Source: an uncultured Gammaproteobacteria bacterium
Lineage (GTDB): Bacteria > Patescibacteriota > Microgenomatia > 2-02-FULL-39-11
Direction of reading: 5' to 3'
DNA length: 60,777 bases
Assembly (NCBI GenBank): GCA_964446235.1
Contig: CAYUNW010000001.1
Coordinates: forward strand, 103,837 to 164,613
The position numbers were made by a program, and so were the translations under genes. Below, piece by piece: positions 18,373 through 27,719 of this stretch. The notes under the pieces are model-generated. The model was not told where the DNA came from and made no database searches. It saw nothing but the letters and a program-made list of their open reading frames with translations. Each line of letters starts with the position of its first letter. Positions within the stretch are counted from its first letter, which is position 1.

Positions 18373-19645
18373 GAAAATGAGTTGCACAGCTCATACACGG
18401 ATCAAAAGAACGAACAATTCTTTCAATTATTCTTTCTAATTTATTTTTATCATTTATTCTAGATATATTTTCTTGAATATATTTTCTGATGCTTAATTCA
18501 ATTACAGTCTGATTCACTCCTGTAGGCACTATAATACTTCCTTCAATTATTTTACCATAATCGTCAACTTTTATTTTATAAAATAAAGTACCTCTTGGTG
18601 CATCAATAACTGCTGCGGATTCACCTTTTTTCCGTAGGTATGTAACCGGTTTTTCCTGTTGAATTTTCAGACAACCTAGGAGTTTTATGGAAGAATCGAC
18701 TGCATGTAATATTTCTATCGCTTGAGCAAGATTATTATGAAAAATGTTTTTTGAAGGAAAAACTTTTAAATATTTCTCTGTATCACTAATCGTGTCAAGA
18801 TTGAGATTGTTTTTTGCTAAATTTAATCTAGACAGTGCACCTAATAAAAGATTTTTATTTTTAAAATAATACGCAGTTGCTTGTGAATGATCTACTTTCA
18901 CTTTCTGTAAGTATTTACCGTATTCTTCAGGTAAATATTCATTTCCGTCACTATTTTTAATAATACCATTTATAAATGACAGCTCGTCGTCAATAACCGA
19001 ACTAAAAGTTATATCATTTAATTCTAGAATCATATCCCTATGATAAAACAAATCGATAATATCTATTACTTTTGAACGTATTGCAATTAATTTTTTATAA
19101 CAACTCATTAATGTAGTTTCATCAGGAAGTTTTAAAAATCCGCCTATTGTTAAATACGGTGCATGAACTGATCTTCCTCCAACGGCCTTTGCCAGCTCAT
19201 TACCTACTGCTTTGATAGAAAAGGCATTGAACAAATATTTATGTTCTTCGGGATTATTTTCATCAAAATCCAACAAAGAGTCTTTATTAAAAAAATCGGG
19301 TAGTACAAAAATATATAAATGTAGAGCATGATCCCTAATTATTAAAGCGTAATTAAGTAATTTTCTTAATATTTCTGTTTGTTTACTTATTTTTATATTA
19401 AATACTTTTTCAGCAGCTTTTAGAGCACACAACAAATGTGCATTTGAACATGTTCCGCATATCCGAGACGTAAGTTGCGGCAAAGCAACAATATCTTTTC
19501 CTCTAATAGCTTGTGTATAAAAACGTTTATACTCAGCGATTGAAAATTTTAAATCTCTTAGCTCCCCATTTCTAACCGAAATAATACAACTAGCTTTACC
19601 TTCAATCTTGGAAATATCCGAGATAGTTAAATCCAAATCATGCAT
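18347..19645 (-). CDS. hydA: [NiFe]-hydrogenase large subunit, group 3b-related
   Basis: KIEG, L1 SRICGTCSNAH, DAPRG, IVPT, L2 RSFDPCMSCATH plus a 9-aa tail. Confidence 0.92.
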   Translation of the reverse strand: MHDLDLTISDISKIEGKASCIISVRNGELRDLKFSIAEYKRFYTQAIRGKDIVALPQLTSRICGTCSNAHLLCALKAAEKVFNIKISKQTEILRKLLNYALIIRDHALHLYIFVLPDFFNKDSLLDFDENNPEEHKYLFNAFSIKAVGNELAKAVGGRSVHAPYLTIGGFLKLPDETTLMSCYKKLIAIRSKVIDIIDLFYHRDMILELNDITFSSVIDDELSFINGIIKNSDGNEYLPEEYGKYLQKVKVDHSQATAYYFKNKNLLLGALSRLNLAKNNLNLDTISDTEKYLKVFPSKNIFHNNLAQAIEILHAVDSSIKLLGCLKIQQEKPVTYLRKKGESAAVIDAPRGTLFYKIKVDDYGKIIEGSIIVPTGVNQTVIELSIRKYIQENISRINDKNKLERIIERIVRSFDPCMSCATHFLKFRWKKS

Positions 19646-19650
19646 AGGAT

Positions 19651-20142
19651 TTAGTCAATTCCAAATTCAATAAACAAATTTTCTATTAAATCAATAAATA
19701 ATTTTTCATCCATTGGACAACCTGGAATGGAATAATCAACCTTTACGATATCAGATATTTTTTTTACGGATTTTGCATATTTAAATCTTGCTAGAAAACC
19801 TTCAATTTCAATATTGGTTTTATCATCAAAAAGATTCCGCTGAGCAGATGGCATACCATTACAAGCACATGCTCCTATAGCTACAATTTTTTTCGACTCT
19901 TTACGAATATTGAGGAGTTGTTCTTTTTGTACCTCCGATGTAATAGCGCCTTCAATAAATGACACATCAATATTTTCTATCCTACTTCTTTTTTGCAAAA
20001 CAAGAGCAGAACATATTTCTAGTTTATTTTTCCATTTTAAGTAATAATCATTTAGTATTTCGGTAAAAACAATAGTAGAATCTTCACAACATGAAAATGA
20101 AAACCAACCGATTCTTAATTTATTTTCTGACATATAAATCAT
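19651..20142 (-). CDS. hydD: [NiFe]-hydrogenase small subunit, proximal-cluster domain only
   Basis: GWFSFSCCEDS, FIEGAI, IGACACNG, VD..IPGCP. 163 aa; Met4 is an alternative start. Confidence 0.88.
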   Translation of the reverse strand: MIYMSENKLRIGWFSFSCCEDSTIVFTEILNDYYLKWKNKLEICSALVLQKRSRIENIDVSFIEGAITSEVQKEQLLNIRKESKKIVAIGACACNGMPSAQRNLFDDKTNIEIEGFLARFKYAKSVKKISDIVKVDYSIPGCPMDEKLFIDLIENLFIEFGID

Positions 20143-20192
20143 CTTACATCACATTATAAATTATGCCAATATATAGATGGTTTTTATATTTA

Positions 20193-20201
20193 TGTTATAA
20201 T
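20193..20201 (+). promoter_or_regulatory. Extended -10 promoter of rnpB
   Basis: TG-T-TATAAT ending 5 nt before the P1 helix. Confidence 0.75.
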
Positions 20202-20206
20202 TATTC

Positions 20207-20659
20207 GCCTGCGGAGGCCGGATAATTACTCCGTATATTACGGAGAGGAAAGTCCAGACTGCAGAAAGCAAGGGACTCGCTTTAAATAGCGTGATCTCGC
20301 GAACAAGCGAGACTGGTGTTTATAATCCGAAAGGATAATAATACGATTCCTGAATTAACAGGATGAGAGAGTCACAGAGACGAGTCTTTACCTAAACTAA
20401 ATTAGCATGGTGAAGAAGTGAAACGTCCCATTTTGGGATACAGACAATCCCACCTGCAGCAATCTCCGAATTGGCCGAGTAAGACAGATGCTTTCCTGAG
20501 TTCTGAGAGAAATCTCAAGAAGCGGTCAAAAGATTGAGAGCGTTTCGATTTTTTCGAAATGGTATGATGAAAAAATCATCATTACTGATTTAAATATCAG
20601 TAAAAACCAAGATAAATTATTATCAAAAAACAGAATCTGGCTTACGAACCTCCGCAGGC
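20207..20659 (+). ncRNA. rnpB: RNase P RNA
   Basis: P1 GCCTGCGGAGG/CCTCCGCAGGC. CR-I GAGGAAAGTCCAGAC and CR-V AAAACAGAATCTGGCTTAC show compensatory P4 pairing. P3 CTCCGTA/TACGGAG. Confidence 0.95.
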
Positions 20660-20663
20660 AATT

Positions 20664-21650
20664 TTATTTATTTAATTCATCTTTGGATTTGGTTGAAATT
20701 AAACTCGTCAAAACAGTTTCTATTGTTAATACTACGGGTACTGCAAGCAAAGCACCACCTATTCCAGCAATTTTACCCCCAACTAATATTGATACGATCG
20801 TAACCAAAGGTGGTAATCCAACTACCTGTTTCATCACTAGTGGTACTACCAACTGATTTTCCAATTGTTGAATTATAAAATATAAAAATACAGTGATTAA
20901 AGCAAAAAATGGTGAGACTGCTAAAGAAATTAATACAGCAGGTATAGCCGAAATAATCGGTCCAATTGTCGGAATAATTTCTAGAACCCCTGCAAACAAC
21001 GCCAATGGTATCGCATACTGAATTCTCAACAAAACTAATCCGATATAAGTTGCTAAACCGATTATAAGTCCTAAAGCTAATTGACCTCTTACATAAGCTC
21101 CTAAACGTTCTTCGACTTTTTGTAAAAGACTAACTGATTTTGATGCAATATCATGGCTAAATAACCCTGATAAGTAACTTTCCAAATTCTTTCGTTCGAT
21201 TAACAAATAAAATGAAATTACAAAAATTGTAAAAGATACTACAATATTGTTAAAAAAACCGAAGGTAACCTTGACTATATTTTGACCAATTGGAGTAATT
21301 TGCTGACCGATAATTTGTGAATCTAAAGTTAAGAAAGGAAATGTATTTTTAAGGAATTCAAATAAATTATCAAAAAGATTAATCGTCTGATTTATTAAAA
21401 CAGGTAGAAATGAACTGATAGAAAATCCGATAAATAATAATGAAAGTATATATATAATAATTATTGAAAAAACCCTGGGAATAAATATTTTTTCCAAAAA
21501 TTCAACGATTGGTTTCAAAGCGGACATCAATATAAAAGCAATAAATACAAAAAAAAGGATATCTTTTATCTGAAAGATAAACCATAGAAATAATAAGAAG
21601 AATACTGTAAATAATATTGTTTTATGGGAAATTTCTATTTTATTTGTCAT
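20664..21650 (-). CDS. AI-2E (PerM) family transporter
   Basis: LGAYVRGQL, FAGVLEIIPTIGP, IQQLENQ.VVP.VM...VGL.P, GGALLAVP. Confidence 0.9.
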   Translation of the reverse strand: MTNKIEISHKTILFTVFFLLFLWFIFQIKDILFFVFIAFILMSALKPIVEFLEKIFIPRVFSIIIIYILSLLFIGFSISSFLPVLINQTINLFDNLFEFLKNTFPFLTLDSQIIGQQITPIGQNIVKVTFGFFNNIVVSFTIFVISFYLLIERKNLESYLSGLFSHDIASKSVSLLQKVEERLGAYVRGQLALGLIIGLATYIGLVLLRIQYAIPLALFAGVLEIIPTIGPIISAIPAVLISLAVSPFFALITVFLYFIIQQLENQLVVPLVMKQVVGLPPLVTIVSILVGGKIAGIGGALLAVPVVLTIETVLTSLISTKSKDELNK

Positions 21651-22657
21651 TGTATTTGGATTTTAGTATACCATTTTTTGATTTTATCCTCTATGTGTAA
21701 TGATAATTTTGGGTCCTCTATATTGAACCAGTTTATATCCTTAATCTTTTTAAACCATATAATTTGACGCTTCGCATATGCATATTCTTTGTCTATCCAA
21801 TTATTTTTAATTTCAGCAAATAATAATTTATTTTTAGTATTATAATTATTATTAAATATTAACTCAAAATCTTTATATCCTGTTGCTGAAAATGATTGTA
21901 ATCCAAAATGATAACCTTTATTTAATAAAATTTTAATTTCTTTAACTATTCCTTGTTTAAATCTTTTCTTAACTCTTTTAATAATTTTTTGTTTAATTAC
22001 TTCCTTACTAGCATATAAACCAATATATAAAATATCATATTCTCTAGACATCTGATTTTTCAATTTAACTTTGGATTTTATAAAATTTGAAATTTCAATT
22101 GTTCTAATAATTCTACGGAAGTTAAATCTATCAGATTTATTCATATTTTTCCATTCTATAGTATATTTTTTTTTAAGTAATTCTTGTAATTCTTTTAAAT
22201 TAAATTTATTTGCTTTTTCTCTAAATTTTATATCGGGAGGTATAAACATAAAAGACTTTGGGTTAACTAATCCTTCTATATACAATCCAGATCCACCAAC
22301 TATAATTGGTAATTTTTTACGGCTATGTAAACTGGTTATTACTTTTTCCCCTAAAGATATAAACTCTCCTAAGTTAAATTTATAATCAGGGTTTACAATG
22401 TCTGTTAACCAAACAGGTATAGACTTTATTTTACGATAACCGATTTGATAATCGTTTTTATGAGTTATCCTGATATTAGAAACTGTAATGAATTTTGAAT
22501 TACTTCTAAAATCTTTTCCAGTTCCAATATCCATATATTTATAAACTTGTCGGCTATCAGCAGATATAATCTCACCATTAAATTTTTGTGCGATTTTAAC
22601 ACCAATAGATGTCTTTCCTGTAGCTGTTGGACCACAAATCACAATAATCTTATTCAT
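21647..22657 (-). CDS. miaA: tRNA dimethylallyltransferase
   Basis: GPTATGKT, EIISADSRQVY..MDIGTGKD, VGGSGLY, YAKRQ..WF. Confidence 0.93.
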   Translation of the reverse strand: MNKIIVICGPTATGKTSIGVKIAQKFNGEIISADSRQVYKYMDIGTGKDFRSNSKFITVSNIRITHKNDYQIGYRKIKSIPVWLTDIVNPDYKFNLGEFISLGEKVITSLHSRKKLPIIVGGSGLYIEGLVNPKSFMFIPPDIKFREKANKFNLKELQELLKKKYTIEWKNMNKSDRFNFRRIIRTIEISNFIKSKVKLKNQMSREYDILYIGLYASKEVIKQKIIKRVKKRFKQGIVKEIKILLNKGYHFGLQSFSATGYKDFELIFNNNYNTKNKLLFAEIKNNWIDKEYAYAKRQIIWFKKIKDINWFNIEDPKLSLHIEDKIKKWYTKIQIQ

Positions 22658-23861
22658 TATAAATAGATGAATTTACTAGTCTATCTAAAATCGCCCATCT
22701 TATTTTTTTAGTTTCATAACTCACATCATCTTTTAGATTTTTGTGGGCATATGTATTTGGCCGATCTGAATACATAGCAATATAGGCTTTATAAAATTTA
22801 AATTTCTTACAAAACGATATTGTCTCTTGAAATTCTTTCTCTGATTCTTGACAAAAACCAACAATGATATCGGTAGAAATTCTAACTCCTTTTATTTTTT
22901 TAAGTCTGTAATATAATTTTCCATATTCTTCAGCTGTGTACCATCTATTCATACGTTTTAATACAGTATTACTACCTGATTGCACAGGTAAATGAATATC
23001 TCTTGAAATATTCCTATTCTTTTGAATTACATCGATTAGTTCCGGTGAAAAATCCCATGGATTACTTGATAAAAAATCGATATTTTTAAATCTAAATTTT
23101 CTTGAAATTTCCTCCAACAACGAAGGGAAAAGCGTTGGTATACGATAACGACCTAAATGTTTTACATATACTGGTTTATTTAATAATTTTTTTTGGTTTT
23201 TTGATTGAGTTTTTGAATTTAAAAAATAATTTTTTTTATAATTTCGATTACTTATAGAGTCTTTTTCATTTGCAAACATATCTGAACCATATGAATTAAC
23301 ATTCATTCCCAAAAGAGTAATTTTTTTATAACCCTTTTTATCAAGATAAGAACATTCTTTTATAATTTCATCATAAGGTCTACTGACTTCCATTCCTCTA
23401 GTAAATGGCACTACACAAAATGAACAAAAATTATTACAACCGTTGGATATCGGAACCAAGGCGTGTTTTCTATCGCTTCTAATAGGTATATTATCAAATC
23501 CAATTTCCTCAATAGGTAAAAAATCAATATTATTAGAGATTTTTTTTCTGACCTTTTTTTCCAACTTACCTGTTTTATCTCTTACAATCATACCCACCAT
23601 ACAACCTGTAACTACGATCTTTAATGGTTTACTCTTTAATTTGAAATTCGATTCTAAATTATGTATCAAACCGTACACCCTATCTTCAGCCATTTGTCTA
23701 ATCATACATGTGTTTATAACTGCATAATCTGAGTCGTAAATATTTAGTGCTTGTTTCAGTCCTTTATATTCTAAATATGCTTTAATTCTTTCACTATCTG
23801 CTGTATTCTGGGCGCATCCAAAAGTTTTTATAAAATAAGTTTTGTATTTGATTAATGACAT
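22650..23861 (-). CDS. miaB: MiaB-like radical SAM methylthiotransferase without a TRAM domain
   Basis: KTFGCAQN..DSE, NTC.IR, VTGC, CNNFCSFC, HLPVQSGS..VLKRMNR, STDIIVGF. Adjacent to miaA. Confidence 0.85.
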   Translation of the reverse strand: MSLIKYKTYFIKTFGCAQNTADSERIKAYLEYKGLKQALNIYDSDYAVINTCMIRQMAEDRVYGLIHNLESNFKLKSKPLKIVVTGCMVGMIVRDKTGKLEKKVRKKISNNIDFLPIEEIGFDNIPIRSDRKHALVPISNGCNNFCSFCVVPFTRGMEVSRPYDEIIKECSYLDKKGYKKITLLGMNVNSYGSDMFANEKDSISNRNYKKNYFLNSKTQSKNQKKLLNKPVYVKHLGRYRIPTLFPSLLEEISRKFRFKNIDFLSSNPWDFSPELIDVIQKNRNISRDIHLPVQSGSNTVLKRMNRWYTAEEYGKLYYRLKKIKGVRISTDIIVGFCQESEKEFQETISFCKKFKFYKAYIAMYSDRPNTYAHKNLKDDVSYETKKIRWAILDRLVNSSIYNE

Positions 23862-25075
23862 AATCGATTAAATGAAATTAACTCAATAATTTTTCTGGCG
23901 ACGTTAATTTTAACCTCTCTTTTAATATAATATTGATCACCATTTTTATTATATAAATAAACTTCATTTTCATCTGAATTAAAACCGATACCTTTTTTAC
24001 CAACATCGTTTAAGGCGATATAATCAGCATTTGTTTCAGAAAATTTCTTATTAATTATTTTTTGATATTCATGTTTATGTAATTTATATACCGCTTTAAA
24101 TCCGATAAGAATTATATTAGGATTCCATCTTTTAATTTTATTAATTATTTTGATATTTGGTGTTAATTCCAAATTTATAGAATTTTTACTATTAATTTTT
24201 TTATATTGGATATTTTTAACATAATAATCGCTCACTGCTGCGGTATGAAAAATCATATCGTATTTTCTGATGTTCTTTTTGATTAAAGTTTGCAATTCAT
24301 TAGAATTATTAAATTCAAGTTGTTTAATAGGAAGATCTGTATTAATACCATATCTTGATTTTATCAACAAAATATTTGCTGAATATCCTATACAAACTTC
24401 TGCAAGTGAAATCCCCATTTTCCCGGATGAAGTATTGGTTATAAATCTTATTGGATCTATTTGCTCAAAAGTCGGTCCAGCAGTTATGAGAATATTTTTA
24501 CCTGAAATATAATTCTTTATTTTAATTTCATCTTTTATTTGATTGATTATTATATTTTCAGATACTAATTTCCCCATCCCGTAATCACCACACGCTAATA
24601 ATCCAGATAACGGTTTTATAATTTTTATTCCTGATCTAGTAAGTACTTTCAAATTATTTTGGACAATTCTATTATTCCACATATTTACATTCATAGAAGG
24701 AATAATAATTTTTGGACATGTAGCAGCTAAAAAAGCCGTTGTCAAAATATCATCAGCAATTCCGTTTGCTAATTTACCTATTATATTTGCAGTAGCTGGA
24801 GCAACTATAAAAATAAATGCATTTTTGGTTATTTTTATATGATCGACTTCTTTATTTTTTATTATTTTTTTAATATTAAAATTATCACTGAAAATATCAT
24901 ATTTTATGATAAATTTGTTTTGTATTTTTTTTATTTCTGAAGCAAACATTTTCTTGGCATTTGTGGTAAACAATAATATTATTTCATAATCCTGATTCAA
25001 CTTATTTGCTAAATTAATAATTTTATATCCGGCAATACCTGCGCTGATACCTAATATAATTATTGGCTTATTCAT
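23852..25075 (-). CDS. coaBC: Bifunctional phosphopantothenoylcysteine decarboxylase/synthetase
   Basis: GIAGYK, HI, APATAN..GK.ANGIADD, PSMN.NMW, LACGDYG.GKL, TAGPT.E.IDPIRFITN.SSGKMG, AAVSDY, GFKA. Confidence 0.92.
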   Translation of the reverse strand: MNKPIIILGISAGIAGYKIINLANKLNQDYEIILLFTTNAKKMFASEIKKIQNKFIIKYDIFSDNFNIKKIIKNKEVDHIKITKNAFIFIVAPATANIIGKLANGIADDILTTAFLAATCPKIIIPSMNVNMWNNRIVQNNLKVLTRSGIKIIKPLSGLLACGDYGMGKLVSENIIINQIKDEIKIKNYISGKNILITAGPTFEQIDPIRFITNTSSGKMGISLAEVCIGYSANILLIKSRYGINTDLPIKQLEFNNSNELQTLIKKNIRKYDMIFHTAAVSDYYVKNIQYKKINSKNSINLELTPNIKIINKIKRWNPNIILIGFKAVYKLHKHEYQKIINKKFSETNADYIALNDVGKKGIGFNSDENEVYLYNKNGDQYYIKREVKINVARKIIELISFNRLCH

Positions 25076-25081
25076 TTCAAT

Positions 25082-25870
25082 TTATTTTGAAAAAGACGTG
25101 TATTTTCTTAAAGATAAATTCCAAAAACCAATACTCAAAAATAATAATAGTGCAGTAAAGATAAAACTATAGATGATAAATTTTAATTCTAATAAACCTA
25201 AAACTACTTTCACTGGAAAACTCATCATAATCCCTATTGGTAATATAAAAGTAATAAAACTCCTGAACGGTTCTGTATAAATATCAATAGGAAGCTTACC
25301 TAATCCGGTCAATTCCCTATACAACATAATCGTATTATCTACGTTTGATGTTAATATTGCCAAAGACAATACAAATATATGAAATGTCATTGCAATTAAA
25401 AGAGCGTTAATTATTAACAAAATATATAATAATATTCCTATTATATTAATATGGGGAATGTGTAAAAATACAATTATTATTAAAATTATCAATGGTACAA
25501 GAGTAATTAAATCCAACAAATCTGTCCATGCAAATAACACATAAAATAAACTATTTATAGGTTTTAATAACATATGATCGAAATTACCATTAATTAATTT
25601 AACGCGAAAACGATACACCTCCCTAAATAACATTTGAGTCGTTGAGTCAATCAAATTAAAAGTTAAATAAAAAAGTAGCACGTGCCAAAATTGATAATTA
25701 ACCAATATATTTGTTCGTAAAAATATCATATATAAAAATCCCATAAAAAATAAAAATCTAATTATTTTACCGGATAAAAAAATTACCAAACTTATTCTAG
25801 ATATTAAAAATACTCTAAATGATGCTTTTGCTAATTGATACCAGATTAGAATGTATTTTTTTACAATCAT
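25082..25870 (-). CDS. ABC-2 family permease (DUF990-like)
   Basis: G.FD..LLKP.N.LF, 6 TM. Start moved to ATG 25870, which overlaps the upstream TGA. Confidence 0.85.
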   Translation of the reverse strand: MIVKKYILIWYQLAKASFRVFLISRISLVIFLSGKIIRFLFFMGFLYMIFLRTNILVNYQFWHVLLFYLTFNLIDSTTQMLFREVYRFRVKLINGNFDHMLLKPINSLFYVLFAWTDLLDLITLVPLIILIIIVFLHIPHINIIGILLYILLIINALLIAMTFHIFVLSLAILTSNVDNTIMLYRELTGLGKLPIDIYTEPFRSFITFILPIGIMMSFPVKVVLGLLELKFIIYSFIFTALLLFLSIGFWNLSLRKYTSFSK

Positions 25871-26661
25871 AAGCCTTCGGCAGTATAAATCTTTAAACCT
25901 TTTTTCCATAGTATTTTGTTTAAAAAATATAATATAAAATTCCAAGTTAAGATTATTACTAATGCACTGACTATACTTTGTGTTGTTTGTTTTTCTAAAA
26001 AAACAGTTATTGGAAAATAAATAAGATATGTAAATGGTAATATTTTGATCATAAAATAAAGAGCATTTGGAAAAATATTCAAAGGGAAATATGTACCGGA
26101 TAAAAAAGATACAATTATTAAAAATAAAAATCTAGGAGCCCAAGTTTCTCTTGACCAAAATCCTATAAATGACAAAGAAATACTTAACTGATAGTACAAC
26201 AACACTGCGGCAATAAGAAATGTTATGAACCAGATAATGTTAATTATATTTTGGGGAAATAATAAAACTGGTTTGAATATAATATAAAAAAATATCATCT
26301 CAAAAAACGCAAAAAAAATATTTATCGATTTGTCTGCTAAATCTCTAATCAAATTATAGTGAAAATAATCGATTGGTTTAATTAAGTAATCACTTAATTT
26401 TCCGTAATTTATTTCTTCCGCTATCTTAAATGCTTGAGTTGATAATACGATACTTCCAACAAGTATTATCATCATTACATATGTCAACATTTCGTCTTTA
26501 CTATATCCAAAAATATTACTACTTTTGTGATAAATTGAATTCCATAAATAATATGTAAATAGTACTGATAGAACATTTCTAAATCTCCAAATTAACAAGT
26601 TTATTTTATTGACAAAATATAACTTAATTGAGTTTTTATAAATGATTAAGTATTTTTTCAA
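25867..26661 (-). CDS. ABC-2 family permease
   Basis: I..G.LS.YL.KP..Y, FLSG..FPL..FP, LPF.Y..YFP. Confidence 0.85.
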   Translation of the reverse strand: MKKYLIIYKNSIKLYFVNKINLLIWRFRNVLSVLFTYYLWNSIYHKSSNIFGYSKDEMLTYVMMIILVGSIVLSTQAFKIAEEINYGKLSDYLIKPIDYFHYNLIRDLADKSINIFFAFFEMIFFYIIFKPVLLFPQNIINIIWFITFLIAAVLLYYQLSISLSFIGFWSRETWAPRFLFLIIVSFLSGTYFPLNIFPNALYFMIKILPFTYLIYFPITVFLEKQTTQSIVSALVIILTWNFILYFLNKILWKKGLKIYTAEGL

Positions 26662-27635
26662 TTTTTATTATTTTCGAAAATATCTTTAATTACTGAATCT
26701 AATTCTGGATCTTCGATATTTATTGATTCTAAATATTGATCTTTAATTAAATTGCTTACGATATGTTTTACTCTATTTCTAGAAACTGATAACACTAATT
26801 TACCTTCGGTTTTATTAATATTCTGTATTTTTTCGATGAACTTCGGTATTCTATCTTTATAATAAACAGTAATGATTTTGTATTTTGAATATTTTTTAAT
26901 AATATCATCAGTATTACCATCGTAAATTATTCTTCCGTTAACTAATATAATTATTCTTTTGCATAATTGTTGAACATCACGCATGTAATGACTAGTAAAA
27001 ATAACTGTTGAACCAGTATTTTTATTGTATGAGCTTATAAATTTTCTAATTTTATCTTGCATAATAACATCTAATCCAATCGTAGGTTCATCTAAAAACA
27101 ACACTTCTGGTTTATGTAATAAACTTGCTATCAATTCCAATTTCATTTTTTGACCTAAAGATAATTGTCTCACTGGTTTATATATAATATTCTCTACACT
27201 TAGTAATTTTATAAATTCAGATAGATTATTTTTATAATCATTAGTATCCATATCGTATATTTCCTTATTCATATTGAAAATATCTAACGCAGACAAATCC
27301 CACCATAATTGATTTTTTTGACCCATCACGAAAGAAATTTTTTTTAAAAATTCTTTTTTCCTTTCAAACGGTGAATATCCAAGAATATTAATTTCACCAC
27401 TAGAAGGATGAATCAACCCTGCTAAACATTTAAGAGTTGTAGTTTTACCAGCTCCATTTGGTCCAATAAAACCAACAAATTCACCTTTTGAAATTTCAAA
27501 TGATATTCCCTTAACTGCCTTGGTAATTTTCGAATCAGACTTAGTTTGTTTTCTACTAAAAATGAAATTGAGTGGTTTAAAATTATTAGGATAATACTTT
27601 TTTAAATTTTTTACCTTAATTACTGGATAATACAT
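26658..27635 (-). CDS. ABC transporter ATP-binding protein
   Basis: GPNGAGKTT, LSLGQKMK, LFLDEPTIGLD, TSHYM.D. Confidence 0.95.
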   Translation of the reverse strand: MYYPVIKVKNLKKYYPNNFKPLNFIFSRKQTKSDSKITKAVKGISFEISKGEFVGFIGPNGAGKTTTLKCLAGLIHPSSGEINILGYSPFERKKEFLKKISFVMGQKNQLWWDLSALDIFNMNKEIYDMDTNDYKNNLSEFIKLLSVENIIYKPVRQLSLGQKMKLELIASLLHKPEVLFLDEPTIGLDVIMQDKIRKFISSYNKNTGSTVIFTSHYMRDVQQLCKRIIILVNGRIIYDGNTDDIIKKYSKYKIITVYYKDRIPKFIEKIQNINKTEGKLVLSVSRNRVKHIVSNLIKDQYLESINIEDPELDSVIKDIFENNKN

Positions 27636-27667
27636 AACATAAATTATACTTATTTATATTTAATTGA

Positions 27668-27697
27668 AGAAGAACTCTCTTTTTAGGAGAGTCCTTC
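27668..27697 (-). terminator. Stem-loop downstream of hup
   Basis: AGAAGGACUCUC-CUAAAA-GAGAGUUCUUCU. Confidence 0.65.
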
Positions 27698-27719
27698 TAC
27701 AAAATTCAGCTTTTAATTT

